Positions 1-10,068 of a DNA stretch of 36,357 bases are shown here, piece by piece. This stretch comes from Octopus bimaculoides (taxonomy: Eukaryota): NCBI RefSeq assembly GCF_001194135.2, contig NC_068988.1:2469259-2505615 (forward strand), read 5' to 3'. The position numbers and the translations under genes are program-made. The notes beneath the pieces are model-generated. The model was not told the DNA's origin and did no database searches. It saw only the letters and a program-made list of their open reading frames with translations. Positions within the stretch are counted from its first letter, which is position 1, and each line of letters begins with the position of its first letter.

Positions 1-510
1 TGTTATCATGTACATTGTTTTGTCTTGGTATAAAAGATGGGCTACAACAAATATTCTGCTTAATACCACAGATTTGCTTATCAGTTGTTTGACCGTAACC
101 AGTTGAGAATGTCCCTTGGTGGCTGACGATATGTGCATCGCTGATCACAAGCAGAAGAAGTGGGGGAGCATCATAGCCATGTGTTGAGAAGAATCTATTG
201 GGGTTTTGATAATTCATCCCTGGAAACATGGGTGTTTCGCTCAACATCCTTAAACAACCCTTATTTAGGGACCTTTTGAGCGGGATGGGCTACACAACCT
301 GAAGAAAATTCTAACTGGACCCCATCTGCAAGGTCATGCGCTGTTAATCTTGATATGAGATCACCATGTCACGCACATATGGTTGTGATGCATGTGCCTG
401 GTGTACCCTTATCAGAAGGGTAGTCATGATGGGTATATTGGGCTTCGTATATTTGTATCCCAGTGTCACTTTGATGGCATGCACTTCTCTTTCACTCAAT
501 AATAATAATA
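1..510 (+). mobile_element. Unclassified interspersed repeat ending in an (AAT)n tail
   Basis: Bases 1-260 align by eye with 29750-29982 (shared TTTTGTCTTGGT.TAAAAGATGGGCTACA.CAAATATTCTGCT and CATCCTTAAACAAC). Ends in AATAATAATAAT near 498-510. No ORF recognised. Confidence 0.6.
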
Positions 511-614
511 AATATAATAAAAGGAATGAATTTTAAAATTTAAGATTAAATATATATATATATATATATATCAGTGTGTGAGTGTGTTTGTGTATGTGTA
601 CATCTATGTATATA

Positions 615-742
615 TTCTTTTCTACTCTAGGCACAAGGCCCGAAATTTTTGGGAGGGGGTCAGTCGATTAGACCGACTCCAGTATGTAACTGGTACTTAA
701 TTTATCGACTCCAAAAGGATGAGAGGCAAAGTCGGCCTAAGT
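615..742 (-). mobile_element. SINE family B, truncated (3' part only)
   Basis: Reverse complement matches the body of the plus-strand copy at 6731-6963 (GACTTTGCCT.TCATCCTTT.GG.GTCGAT.AA.TAAGTACCAGTT). Confidence 0.75.
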
Positions 743-805
743 GGTATCTATGTATATATTAAAGGCAGGTAATATATAAGTACTTCTGAATTTCACATTC
801 AATAA

Positions 806-905
806 TGATGAACCCTGTGGTTTGCTGATGAGGTCATTATAATATCAAAACATGTATAGAGTTGTGTCCCATATTGATATAATCAAAACAATTGTAGCTG
901 ACGAT
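806..905 (+). ncRNA. Degenerate hammerhead-ribozyme-like motif in a short repeat (copy 1)
   Basis: CTGATGA 825-831, GGTCAT...ATATC, CAAAAC in place of CGAAAC, palindromic ACATGT 850-855, then A. Homologous to 1195-1310. Confidence 0.45.
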
Positions 906-1194
906 TGCTTGTAAAGATGTGGGCCAAATCTCTTGTTTAAGAATAAGTCCTAATTTTCTTTCAACAGTCACAGAGTCTTTAAAAGGTCAGGTGATATGTT
1001 TTTCCTTCTCCATTCAAGCCATTACAGAAAAAATAAAAAATATAAAACTAACACAAATTTAATGAAGTTATTTTCTTTACAGAGTTTAGAATCTGAGCCT
1101 GATTTATTTTTGTAAACCATTCTATTTTGTGTACCATCCATTGCATATGCTTGTACATTTACCAAATGATTTTCTTTTCCTCCAACTAACATGT

Positions 1195-1310
1195 ATGGTG
1201 AAGTATGTCCTTTACTGATGAGGTCATAATTAGTGCAAAACATGTCCAGATTTGTCTCCCTTGTTTGCTGCAATGATTAAAATAGCTTTCAGCAATGACT
1301 GATATTGGTT
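1195..1310 (+). ncRNA. Degenerate hammerhead-ribozyme-like motif in a short repeat (copy 2)
   Basis: CTGATGA 1215-1221, GGTCATAATTAGTGC, AAAAC, palindromic ACATGT 1240-1245, GTC cleavage-type triplet ending 1246. Confidence 0.45.
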
Positions 1311-1397
1311 TTTCATTTCTTTCATCACATAATTATTTCTAGTTAACTTTTTGATGTTTTGTACATTAAAATGTTAACATTAACTTAACTAAATTAT

Positions 1398-2240
1398 ATG
1401 CACACACACACACACACATACACACACATGTATATGTATATACTTGCATATATATATACTTGCATATATATATATACTTGCATATATATATACTTGCATA
1501 TATATATATACTACATACGCATGTGCATACACACATGTACATACACATATACAAATTTAGTTGCTTATTGCTTTTTGTCATACATGTGTATAAGTATATA
1601 CACATGTATAAATACATGTGTGTGTATGTGTATATATATATAAACATACATACATATATATATATACATATATATGAGTGTATGCATATACATTTACATA
1701 TATGTATGTATATATATCTGTATATATATATATATATATATACCTGCACATATACCTACACATNNNNNNNNNNNNNNNNNNNNNNNNNNNNNNNNNNNNN
1801 NNNNNNNNNNNNNNNNNNNNNNNNNNNNNNNNNNNNNNNNNNNNNNNNNNNNNNNNNNNNNNNNNNNNNNNNNNNNNNNNNNNNNNNNNNNNNNNNNNNN
1901 NNNNNNNNNNNNNNNNNNNNNNNNNNNNNNNNNNNNNNNNNNNNNNNNNNNNNNNNNNNNNNNNNNNNNNNNNNNNNNNNNNNNNNNNNNNNNNNNNNNN
2001 NNNNNNNNNNNNNNNNNNNNNNNNNNNNNNNNNNNNNNNNNNNNNNNNNNNNNNNNNNNNNNNNNNNNNNNNNNNNNNNNATACATTCACACACTCACAC
2101 ACACACACTCAGACACACACATACACACACACATACACACGCATATACATACATACACTCATACACACTCATACACACACATAGATGCACACACACAGAG
2201 ACTCACACACATGCATACACACACACACACACACACACAC
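1398..2240. repeat. (TA)/(CA)/(TG) low-complexity microsatellite field spanning gap 1764-2080
   Basis: Direct inspection; it explains the Y/I/H/T-rich ORFs. Confidence 0.95.
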
Positions 2241-2306
2241 TTCCGAATGTCCACATAAGATTGAGTATTCAGGAAGATGTGAATGTATGCTTGTGAGTAC
2301 ATGATA

Positions 2307-2347
<41 letters not shown>

Positions 2348-3164
2348 GCATGCGTGTGTGTGAGAGAGAGAGAGATAGAGCGAGAGTCTATGTGTACATG
2401 TAAGTTTACATGTGTATGATATCTATATGTAAGTGTATGTATATGTATGCAGATGTTTGAAAACAAATTATAAAATGAAATTGCTCTTTAATGTGCCCAT
2501 AATAATTCCATTATAATTTATGATGCAAACTAAAGAAAGAAATAGTATTAAAAAAAAACAACTGCCATTATGTAAACTATAAAAGACAATGGCATACTTG
2601 ATGCCAACAACATCAGTTGCTTTCAATTTTACCGTTTTTAATTTTCTCTCTCTCTGTCCTTCTCTCTCTCTCACTCTTTCTCATTCTTTCTCTCTGTTTT
2701 TCTCTCTCTTTCCATCTCTGCTTTCATGATATTAAAAAAAAATCACAGTCTGCTTGATGTACTGAAGTTGTAGCACTAGAGTACACCGATTGGTATGTTC
2801 TGTTGCATTTAGTTTCATCCTCTTCCGTTACAGGTTCAAATCCAGTCAACAGCAGCTTGATGTTTTCATAACTATAATCCCCAATAACCTTGATATGCAC
2901 AATTCTTAGCTACATCTAAGGTCAATGGTTCTGAACCAAGGTCTCTATAAGACCATATAAGATCTCATTGTTAAAATTTATCTGCAATAAATTGATTAAA
3001 TTTCTGAAATGCATAAAATATTTGGATTTTTTAAAGTAATTCCTAATAATATTCAAAATCAAAAATATAATAACATTTTTTTGAACATTGAATGGATTTG
3101 GGAGCCCAAATAGAGCAAGACAGGAACCAGGAGGGACTCAATAAGTAAAACAAGGTGAAGAACC

Positions 3165-3350
3165 ACTGATCTGAGTGCAGTTATGACTGTTTGGTTTCCA
3201 ACCTCGTGATTTCAGGTTCAATCCCATTGCATAGCATCTTATGTGAGTGTTTTCTGCTATAGCCCTGGGTCTATCAAAACTTTGTGCCTGGATTTGGTGG
3301 ATGGAAACTGAAAGAAACTTGTAGTATATATTTATATATGTGTGTGTATG
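3165..3350 (+). mobile_element. SINE family A, degenerate 5' half
   Basis: GGTTCAATCCCATTGC B-box-like motif, CTATAGCCCTGGG, GGATTTGG...GGAAACTGAAAGAA followed by a TA/TG tract, as in better copies. Confidence 0.65.
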
Positions 3351-3503
3351 TTTATATTTGTATTTGTTTCATGTCTTTGAATATGTGTGGAATAAGAGAC
3401 CATCATGATCATGATCATCATCTTCAGCCCCTAGACATTATTACCATGGGTTCTAGGACTCAAAGGGTCAGTTATCCAGTTTCAATGGCATATAATTGAT
3501 TAA

Positions 3504-3684
3504 GATCAAAGCAATCCCACTGGATGGGTTGCCAGTCCACCTCAGGTTACTCATTTGTAACTGAATGGGCAGCAACAGGAAAGGAAGTATTTCGCTCAAG
3601 AATACGAGGCCCCACCACTCAGTGCAAGAATGGAAACCTTGTGATTATGAGAGAAACACTCTAACCATTGGGTGATACACCTCA
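3504..3684 (-). mobile_element. Degenerate tRNA-headed SINE, possibly V-SINE-like
   Basis: Minus strand begins CACCCAATGGTTAGAGTG (A-box-like) and ends GGTGGACTGGCAACCCATCCAGTGGG, resembling the GATGGACTGGCG.CC.GTCCAGGG motif I recall from V-SINEs. Confidence 0.4.
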
Positions 3685-4354
3685 ATGAAGCAAGAGATTA
3701 ATTAGAGAAACAGGTGTAGCAGTAATTTGAAACTGAACTGCTTGGTAACCAGTCACGATTAGACCTCAGTAGTTTCATGTGATTTGTCTATCAAGCAGCC
3801 AATCAGCATCAAGCTATTGTGTGGTTCAATCATGTAGAACCGTCTCCTTGTGTCCTATTAAGTGGCGGTTTTGGGGGGTAATTACAGAATGCTGAGGCAG
3901 TCAAATATTGTGTCTCCATTCACATTGCATCCAAATGATGGCCGACTGTTGGTGGGAAATTATCATCACCATGAATATAACACAGTTCTTTTCTTTTTGT
4001 GATGTGTCAGTCTCATGTTGCTGTACCAGTAAGCTTGTTGTAAACGCCAAGTGGTATGTCTCCCCCAGCATGCAATTGTTGCTGTTGTTGTCAGTAAAAG
4101 ACCAACACAATTTGTCTTTATGAGCAATAATAAAGTCTTCTGTCTGTTGTTACTTATTTCTTCATGCATCTCAAAAAGCTCAGTTTTTTTTTCATCAATT
4201 CAACCAGTCATCACCTCAGACCAGCCAATAAAACCTGCTCACGACAGGAAGGATGTCTGGTTGTAAAACAATGCCACAGTAACAGATTCTTCTAATTATT
4301 TACATTATTTACATTTAACGGTCATTTGTCCTCATCTTCTTTGTTGTTAACACA

Positions 4355-4386
4355 TTTCGGCTGTTATACACTCCAGCCTTCATCAG
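4355..4386 (-). ncRNA. Hammerhead ribozyme-like core, type I minimal (Penelope-type); stem III deleted in this copy
   Basis: Minus strand reads CTGATGA-A-GGCTG-gagtgtataa-CAGCC-GAAA-tgtgtt. Perfect 5-bp stem II; the C and stem III expected after GAAA are missing. Confidence 0.65.
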
Positions 4387-4420
4387 GTCTTGGGGTTCTC
4401 ATTCCTAAGATATTTTTCGA

Positions 4421-4458
<38 letters not shown>

Positions 4459-4507
4459 CGGCCACTGCTTGGAATCAAACTCAGAACCTTGGGGTTAGTA
4501 TCCCATG

Positions 4508-4583
4508 GGCATATGGCATAGTGGTTTAGAGTGTGGGCCATTAACCCCAAGATTCTGAGTTTGATTCCAAGCAGTGACCTGAA
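4508..4583 (+). promoter_or_regulatory. tRNA-like head with Pol III type-2 A and B boxes
   Basis: A box TGGCATAGTGG 4514-4524; B-box-like GAGTTTGATTCC 4557-4568; spacing is tRNA-like. Confidence 0.6.
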
Positions 4584-4657
4584 CAACAACAATAATAATA
4601 ATGATGATAATAATAATAATAATAATAATAATGATGATGATAATAATAATAATAATG

Positions 4658-4703
<46 letters not shown>

Positions 4704-4845
4704 GTAACTTTCAATACAGTAACCATAAGAGCATCACAGCAAACCACAGCACATACCCAAGGCACACAGAGCTGCGCTCGGTAGTGAAGTGAAAGCATGT
4801 TATAAAAATAAAACTACTGAACAATAATAATAATAATGAGAAAAA

Positions 4846-5040
4846 GGCTCTATATGGTTGTTTGACATGCTAGAAATAGTAGCTAAATCTCTCTCAAATT
4901 GCACTGCACCAGCTTAGATAAAAGTACATTGGATAATATAGTCTTGGCTTGCCTGTACACTAGAAAAACACAGGGTGGTCATGGTTGGAGAGCCTTTTAT
5001 AAAAGGTTCATTTGATCAAGGCCAATCTTGGACTAAATGA
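4846..5040 (+). mobile_element. Unclassified repeat family E, copy 1
   Basis: Shares .TGCTAGAAA.AG.A.C.AAA.CTC.CTC.AAT and CATTGGATAAT.TA.TC with 14910-15035 and 25585-25790. Confidence 0.55.
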
Positions 5041-5051
5041 CAGCTTAAATT

Positions 5052-5480
5052 TTTTATATTTTATTGCTTCAGTATTTGGACTGAGACCAAGCTGGAGCAA
5101 CACCTTGAAGAATTTTAGTCAAACAAATAAACTACTGTGCTTATTTTTAAGAATGTTACTCAATTTATCAATCTCTTTTGCCAAATAAACTTAATTACAG
5201 GGATGCAAACAAACCAACACTGGTTGTCAGATGACGTGGGGAACAAACACTGTCACAAAGACACACACTCACACATGCATACACACACACATACACACAC
5301 ATATACACACACACACATATACACACACAACAGTCTTCCACATGCCTTCTGTCAACCAAATTCACCCACAAGGTTGGCCTGGGGCTATAGTATAAGACTC
5401 TTACCCAAGGAGCTGAGCGATGAGATTGAACTGAAAACCCTATGATTGCAAAGCAAGCTACTTAACAACACAGCCATGAC
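5052..5480 (-). mobile_element. SINE family A, near full length, degenerate
   Basis: Head at 5420-5480 (reverse complement GGCTGTGTTGTTAAGTAGCTTGCT), internal (CA)n tract, tail motifs as in other copies. Confidence 0.75.
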
Positions 5481-6730
5481 TACTGACTAGCAGCATATCC
5501 TACATTGCCAGAGCCTGAAGAAAAGCAAGGATTGCAGGGAGGCTGTTTTCGTTTATTGGCAAAATAAATATCAGAGATGCTTTGCTCTATGAAGACACTG
5601 CAGGAGCAATTCAGAGGTTTTGCAAACTCTTCCAAATCCATTACGAAGCTGGAAATCCTTCCATATTGTCAGCAGGTATCTCAGCGTCACAAGCATTTTG
5701 CCTCTTAAGCCTCACCTGAGTGAGACAGTGAGGACAGAGCTTGTCTTCAACCAAAGAAAGGTTCTACTTGCAGTCCATTATCAACGATAGCCATTCTGGA
5801 GCTTGTTTCAGCTGCAGTGCCTATTTCCTTGATGGTTTCCAGACATCTCTTCTGCAAGACATAGAACTCTGATCTAGATTCTCATTACTGTTTTATTTCT
5901 TGCTTGTCCCGAGGGCAACTGCCTCTGTGGCCCTAGCTCTCTTACACAATTGGTCAAGAGCTCAAAACAGGATCAGGATCACAATAGATTCTACTTCTGA
6001 ATGATTTACTGTAAAAAATTATATTTATTTATAAAATATATGCTTTTGTTTGTTTCTTTATAATATGCAAATACATATAAAAAAAATTTTCCTGTGCTAA
6101 TATTTAAACGGAATATTTAAAATATTAGATTATTTTCAATGTTGATTTCAATAATGAATTTAAAGAATAAATCCATGTGATATTTTGATTTACATGCCAC
6201 AATATCTGAAAGCTTCTACTACACTACCAAATGCTGTTATGGCTTAATACACATGTGGTAATTTTAGAGAACACAAATAATTCCTTTATGAGATTAATTG
6301 ACAAAGTTTAATTATAATTCATTTTAGAGCACTGTACACCTATCTAAAATAGTGCTTCTGCTGCTCAAACAAATGCTCTCGATTACATGCAAAGCTATAC
6401 CATTCCTCTCCAGAGCTGCAATTTCCTGACCATATTTATCCTACTCATGTTATTCTACAGAATTACAATATGAGCATCAGCTGCCTCAGTTCCCGCTAAT
6501 ATGTGAGAACCTATCAATAACCTGTATGCTGTACATTCTCTGTGAAGTAGTTGACATAGAAAACAATATCGTAAAAATAAATTATAATTGATGAGTGCTT
6601 CATTAGATTGCAGCAAAGACTTTGAATAGTTAATTAGCTGGTGCTTAGAAAGAGGTGGATCACAATCACATGATTGCTGTGGATACAAGAATTACATTAT
6701 ATCATACCTCTGGTATTATGGCAACAAAAT

Positions 6731-6963
6731 AGGGTGGCAAGCCAACAGAATCGTTATCATGCCCGGCAAAATGCCTAGCGGTATTTCGTCTGCCTTTATG
6801 TTCTGAGTTCAAATTCTGCCGAGGTCGACTTTGCCTTTCATCCTTTCGGGGTCGATTAAATAAGTACCAGTTATGCACTGGGGTCAATGTAATTGACTTA
6901 ATCCCTTTCTCTATCCTTGTTTGTCCCTTCTATGCTTAGCTCCTTGTGGGCAATAAAGAAATA
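6731..6963 (+). mobile_element. SINE family B, tRNA-headed, near full length
   Basis: Head GGTGGCAAGCCAACAGAATCGTTA, B box GAGTTCAAATTC, central GTCGACTTTGCCTTTCATCCTTTCGGGGTCGATTAAATAAGTACCAG. At least 6 related copies in the window. Confidence 0.8.
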
Positions 6964-7431
6964 ATTATAGCAACAAAATTGATGATGAGCAGTATGGAAA
7001 AGTGCTCCCTTCATTTCGTGTAGTCAGAGCAAGTTACAATGATGAAGGCTTCAATATATATCAGCTATTGTAGCCATATGTATGTGTATATGCATTTATG
7101 AGCTTACATGTATATGCTGTTTGCATAGCTTGTGTGTTTATGTGGATATATATATGTGTGTGTGTGTTTTTGGGTATATATAATTCTATATACATATATA
7201 AGTTTATGTGTATATATGTATATTAATATACTTGTATATAAATATATAAACATGAGCACATATTAATTATTTTTATCATAGCCACCAATTTAAAAGATCA
7301 ATTGTAGCTAAGTTCTTTGTTTATGTTATTTCATTTCATCTTAATTCATTTAGTCAATTTACTTCATTGTATTTATTCATTAAGTTTTTGATGTCTTCTA
7401 CACAATTTTCTACCTGTTTATCAATTTATTA

Positions 7432-7475
<44 letters not shown>

Positions 7476-7783
7476 GGCATAAATAATCGGATTTTCTTAC
7501 ATATATTTGTTCATTGTAGACTTACAGCTGTTTCTGATATGCATTTTAGGTACGTTCAAAGTTTCATTTACACAACTGGTTCATTGATTGAATAAAAATT
7601 TTGAACAGCCTTAAAATATTATCATCTTCAGGGTCTGTATACCAAGCGATAGAGTACCTGGAGGTATCAGGATTCTTTGCAGTTCCATACCAATCAGAAA
7701 ACCTTTTGTTAGCCTGGTGTATTAGTATTAGCAGAGCACTTAAGAAGTATTTTGTCCAGATTATTAATCCTTTATTGATAATG

Positions 7784-8306
<523 letters not shown>

Positions 8307-8340
8307 ACTTATTCTCATACATACATATGCATAAACACAC

Positions 8341-8374
<34 letters not shown>

Positions 8375-9188
8375 ATGCACAAACACACTCGCACACATAA
8401 ACACACAGATACTATTTGTACAAAGTACATGCTATCTGTACATGCACACATCAGCTACTACACACATTTCCACACACACACACACCTAATAGCCGCACAC
8501 ATATATATGTTACACAGCCTCACACATTCCCACACATACACATGCACACATAAATACATGGAGCACAGTACACGTACTTGTTTACTTATACACGTACACA
8601 CACACATGCTCCCATACATGCACACACTCTCACATAGTTTCATGCTGACCCACACATACACACATACACACATACACTTCCACATACATATGCACTCACA
8701 TATACCGTCCTCATGTACACATGTACTCACACACACATTCTCCAGTTTAACCAGGGCACTGTTATACCCCTGCCCATTGAGCCAATTCCTTCCAGCCACT
8801 TCAACATGTAGAACCCTTAATCCAGACATTTTTCCCCCCTTTCCCATTTTCTTTCCTCATTTCTTTCTGTCAAAGAACATAGGCTTGTGTGTATGTGTGT
8901 GTGTGTGTGTGTGTGGACAGGTCAACCAGTTTCAAATAATGTTGCCATTGTTCTTCAACTCTTTCTTTCTCTATCTATAAGTCAACCATTGTAGCAGCAG
9001 CGTTCCTCTCGTTATCTTCTTCCAAATTCCTTCTCATATCTAAGTATTCTACAGGTTATTGGTCCCCGCTTCCAGTTCCTACTCCAACCATAAACCCTTC
9101 AGATGATTTGGAAATTTGGAAGTAATCAATATTGTCAATGTCATCATCTAAATGAAAATGCGTATATGAGTGTGAATGCTCATATAAG

Positions 9189-9386
9189 TATGTATGTATG
9201 TATGTATGTATGTATGTATGTATGTCTATGTATGTATGTATGTATGTATGTATGTATATATATATCTATGTATGTATGTATGCATGTATGTCTGTCTGTA
9301 TGTATGTATGTATGAATGTATATATGTATGTATGTATATATATATGTCTATGTATGTATGTATGTATGAATGTATATATATATATA
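9189..9386. repeat. (TATG)n microsatellite running into gap 9387-9750
   Basis: Direct inspection. Confidence 0.95.
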
Positions 9387-10025
9387 NNNNNNNNNNNNNN
9401 NNNNNNNNNNNNNNNNNNNNNNNNNNNNNNNNNNNNNNNNNNNNNNNNNNNNNNNNNNNNNNNNNNNNNNNNNNNNNNNNNNNNNNNNNNNNNNNNNNNN
9501 NNNNNNNNNNNNNNNNNNNNNNNNNNNNNNNNNNNNNNNNNNNNNNNNNNNNNNNNNNNNNNNNNNNNNNNNNNNNNNNNNNNNNNNNNNNNNNNNNNNN
9601 NNNNNNNNNNNNNNNNNNNNNNNNNNNNNNNNNNNNNNNNNNNNNNNNNNNNNNNNNNNNNNNNNNNNNNNNNNNNNNNNNNNNNNNNNNNNNNNNNNNN
9701 NNNNNNNNNNNNNNNNNNNNNNNNNNNNNNNNNNNNNNNNNNNNNNNNNTTGTATGATTGTGTATAGAGGAATATATTATTTTGCTTAAAAGAGTTCCAA
9801 CACTGTCTGTTTTTTATGTTTTATTTATATTCCTGCAGAACTAATGTGGGGTATAGAATATGGAATATACAATATATAATATGATATACAATATACAATA
9901 TAAAATAAAATAACATAAAAATGGATGGCACCCTGAAAGAAAGTATTGAATGTAGATGAAATATTGAGTGTTCAATATAAAGGATCAAATATATAAATAT
10001 ATAAATATAAATATATATATATAAA

Positions 10026-10068
10026 GGCGACTCGAGTTTCAGGGCTATTTCCCTTCGTCATGGCCGGT
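10026..10068 (-). ncRNA. Hammerhead ribozyme-like motif, type I minimal, most intact in the window
   Basis: Minus strand reads GGC-C-ATGACGA-AGGG-aaatag-CCCT-GAAAC-TCGA-GTC-GCC: 4-bp stem II, perfect palindrome ACTCGAGT as stem III, GTC triplet, GGC/GCC stem I. The core start is non-canonical (CATGACGA instead of CTGACGA). Confidence 0.6.

Larger units (their letters stand above)
4290..4840. mobile_element. Composite short retroelement-like unit: hammerhead-like motif, (TAT)n, inverted tRNA half, tRNA-like head, (AAT)n, tail, (AAT)n
   Basis: Modules read directly: hammerhead-like core 4355-4386 (minus), TAT array 4423-4457, inverted repeat 4456-4499/4540-4583, AAT array about 4590-4702, non-repetitive tail 4704-4821, AAT 4823-4837. 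Confidence 0.6.

Noticed and set aside
1366-2466. Many long Y/I/H/T/C/V-rich ORFs (also at 7601-9789, 14567-15047, 20896-21395, 22689-23451, 33232-33462)
   Set aside because: They are translations of dinucleotide and tetranucleotide microsatellites and N-gaps, not genes.
4508-4583. tRNA-like heads as true tRNA genes (here and in all SINE heads)
   Set aside because: No clean acceptor stem or cloverleaf, and they are embedded in multicopy SINE bodies.
5538-5675. 138-bp symmetric plus-strand exon (RLFSFIGKINIRDALLYEDTAGAIQRFCKLFQIHYEAGNPSILSA)
   Set aside because: The acceptor has a purine-rich upstream tract and the peptide is unrecognised; kept only as part of the low-confidence block finding.
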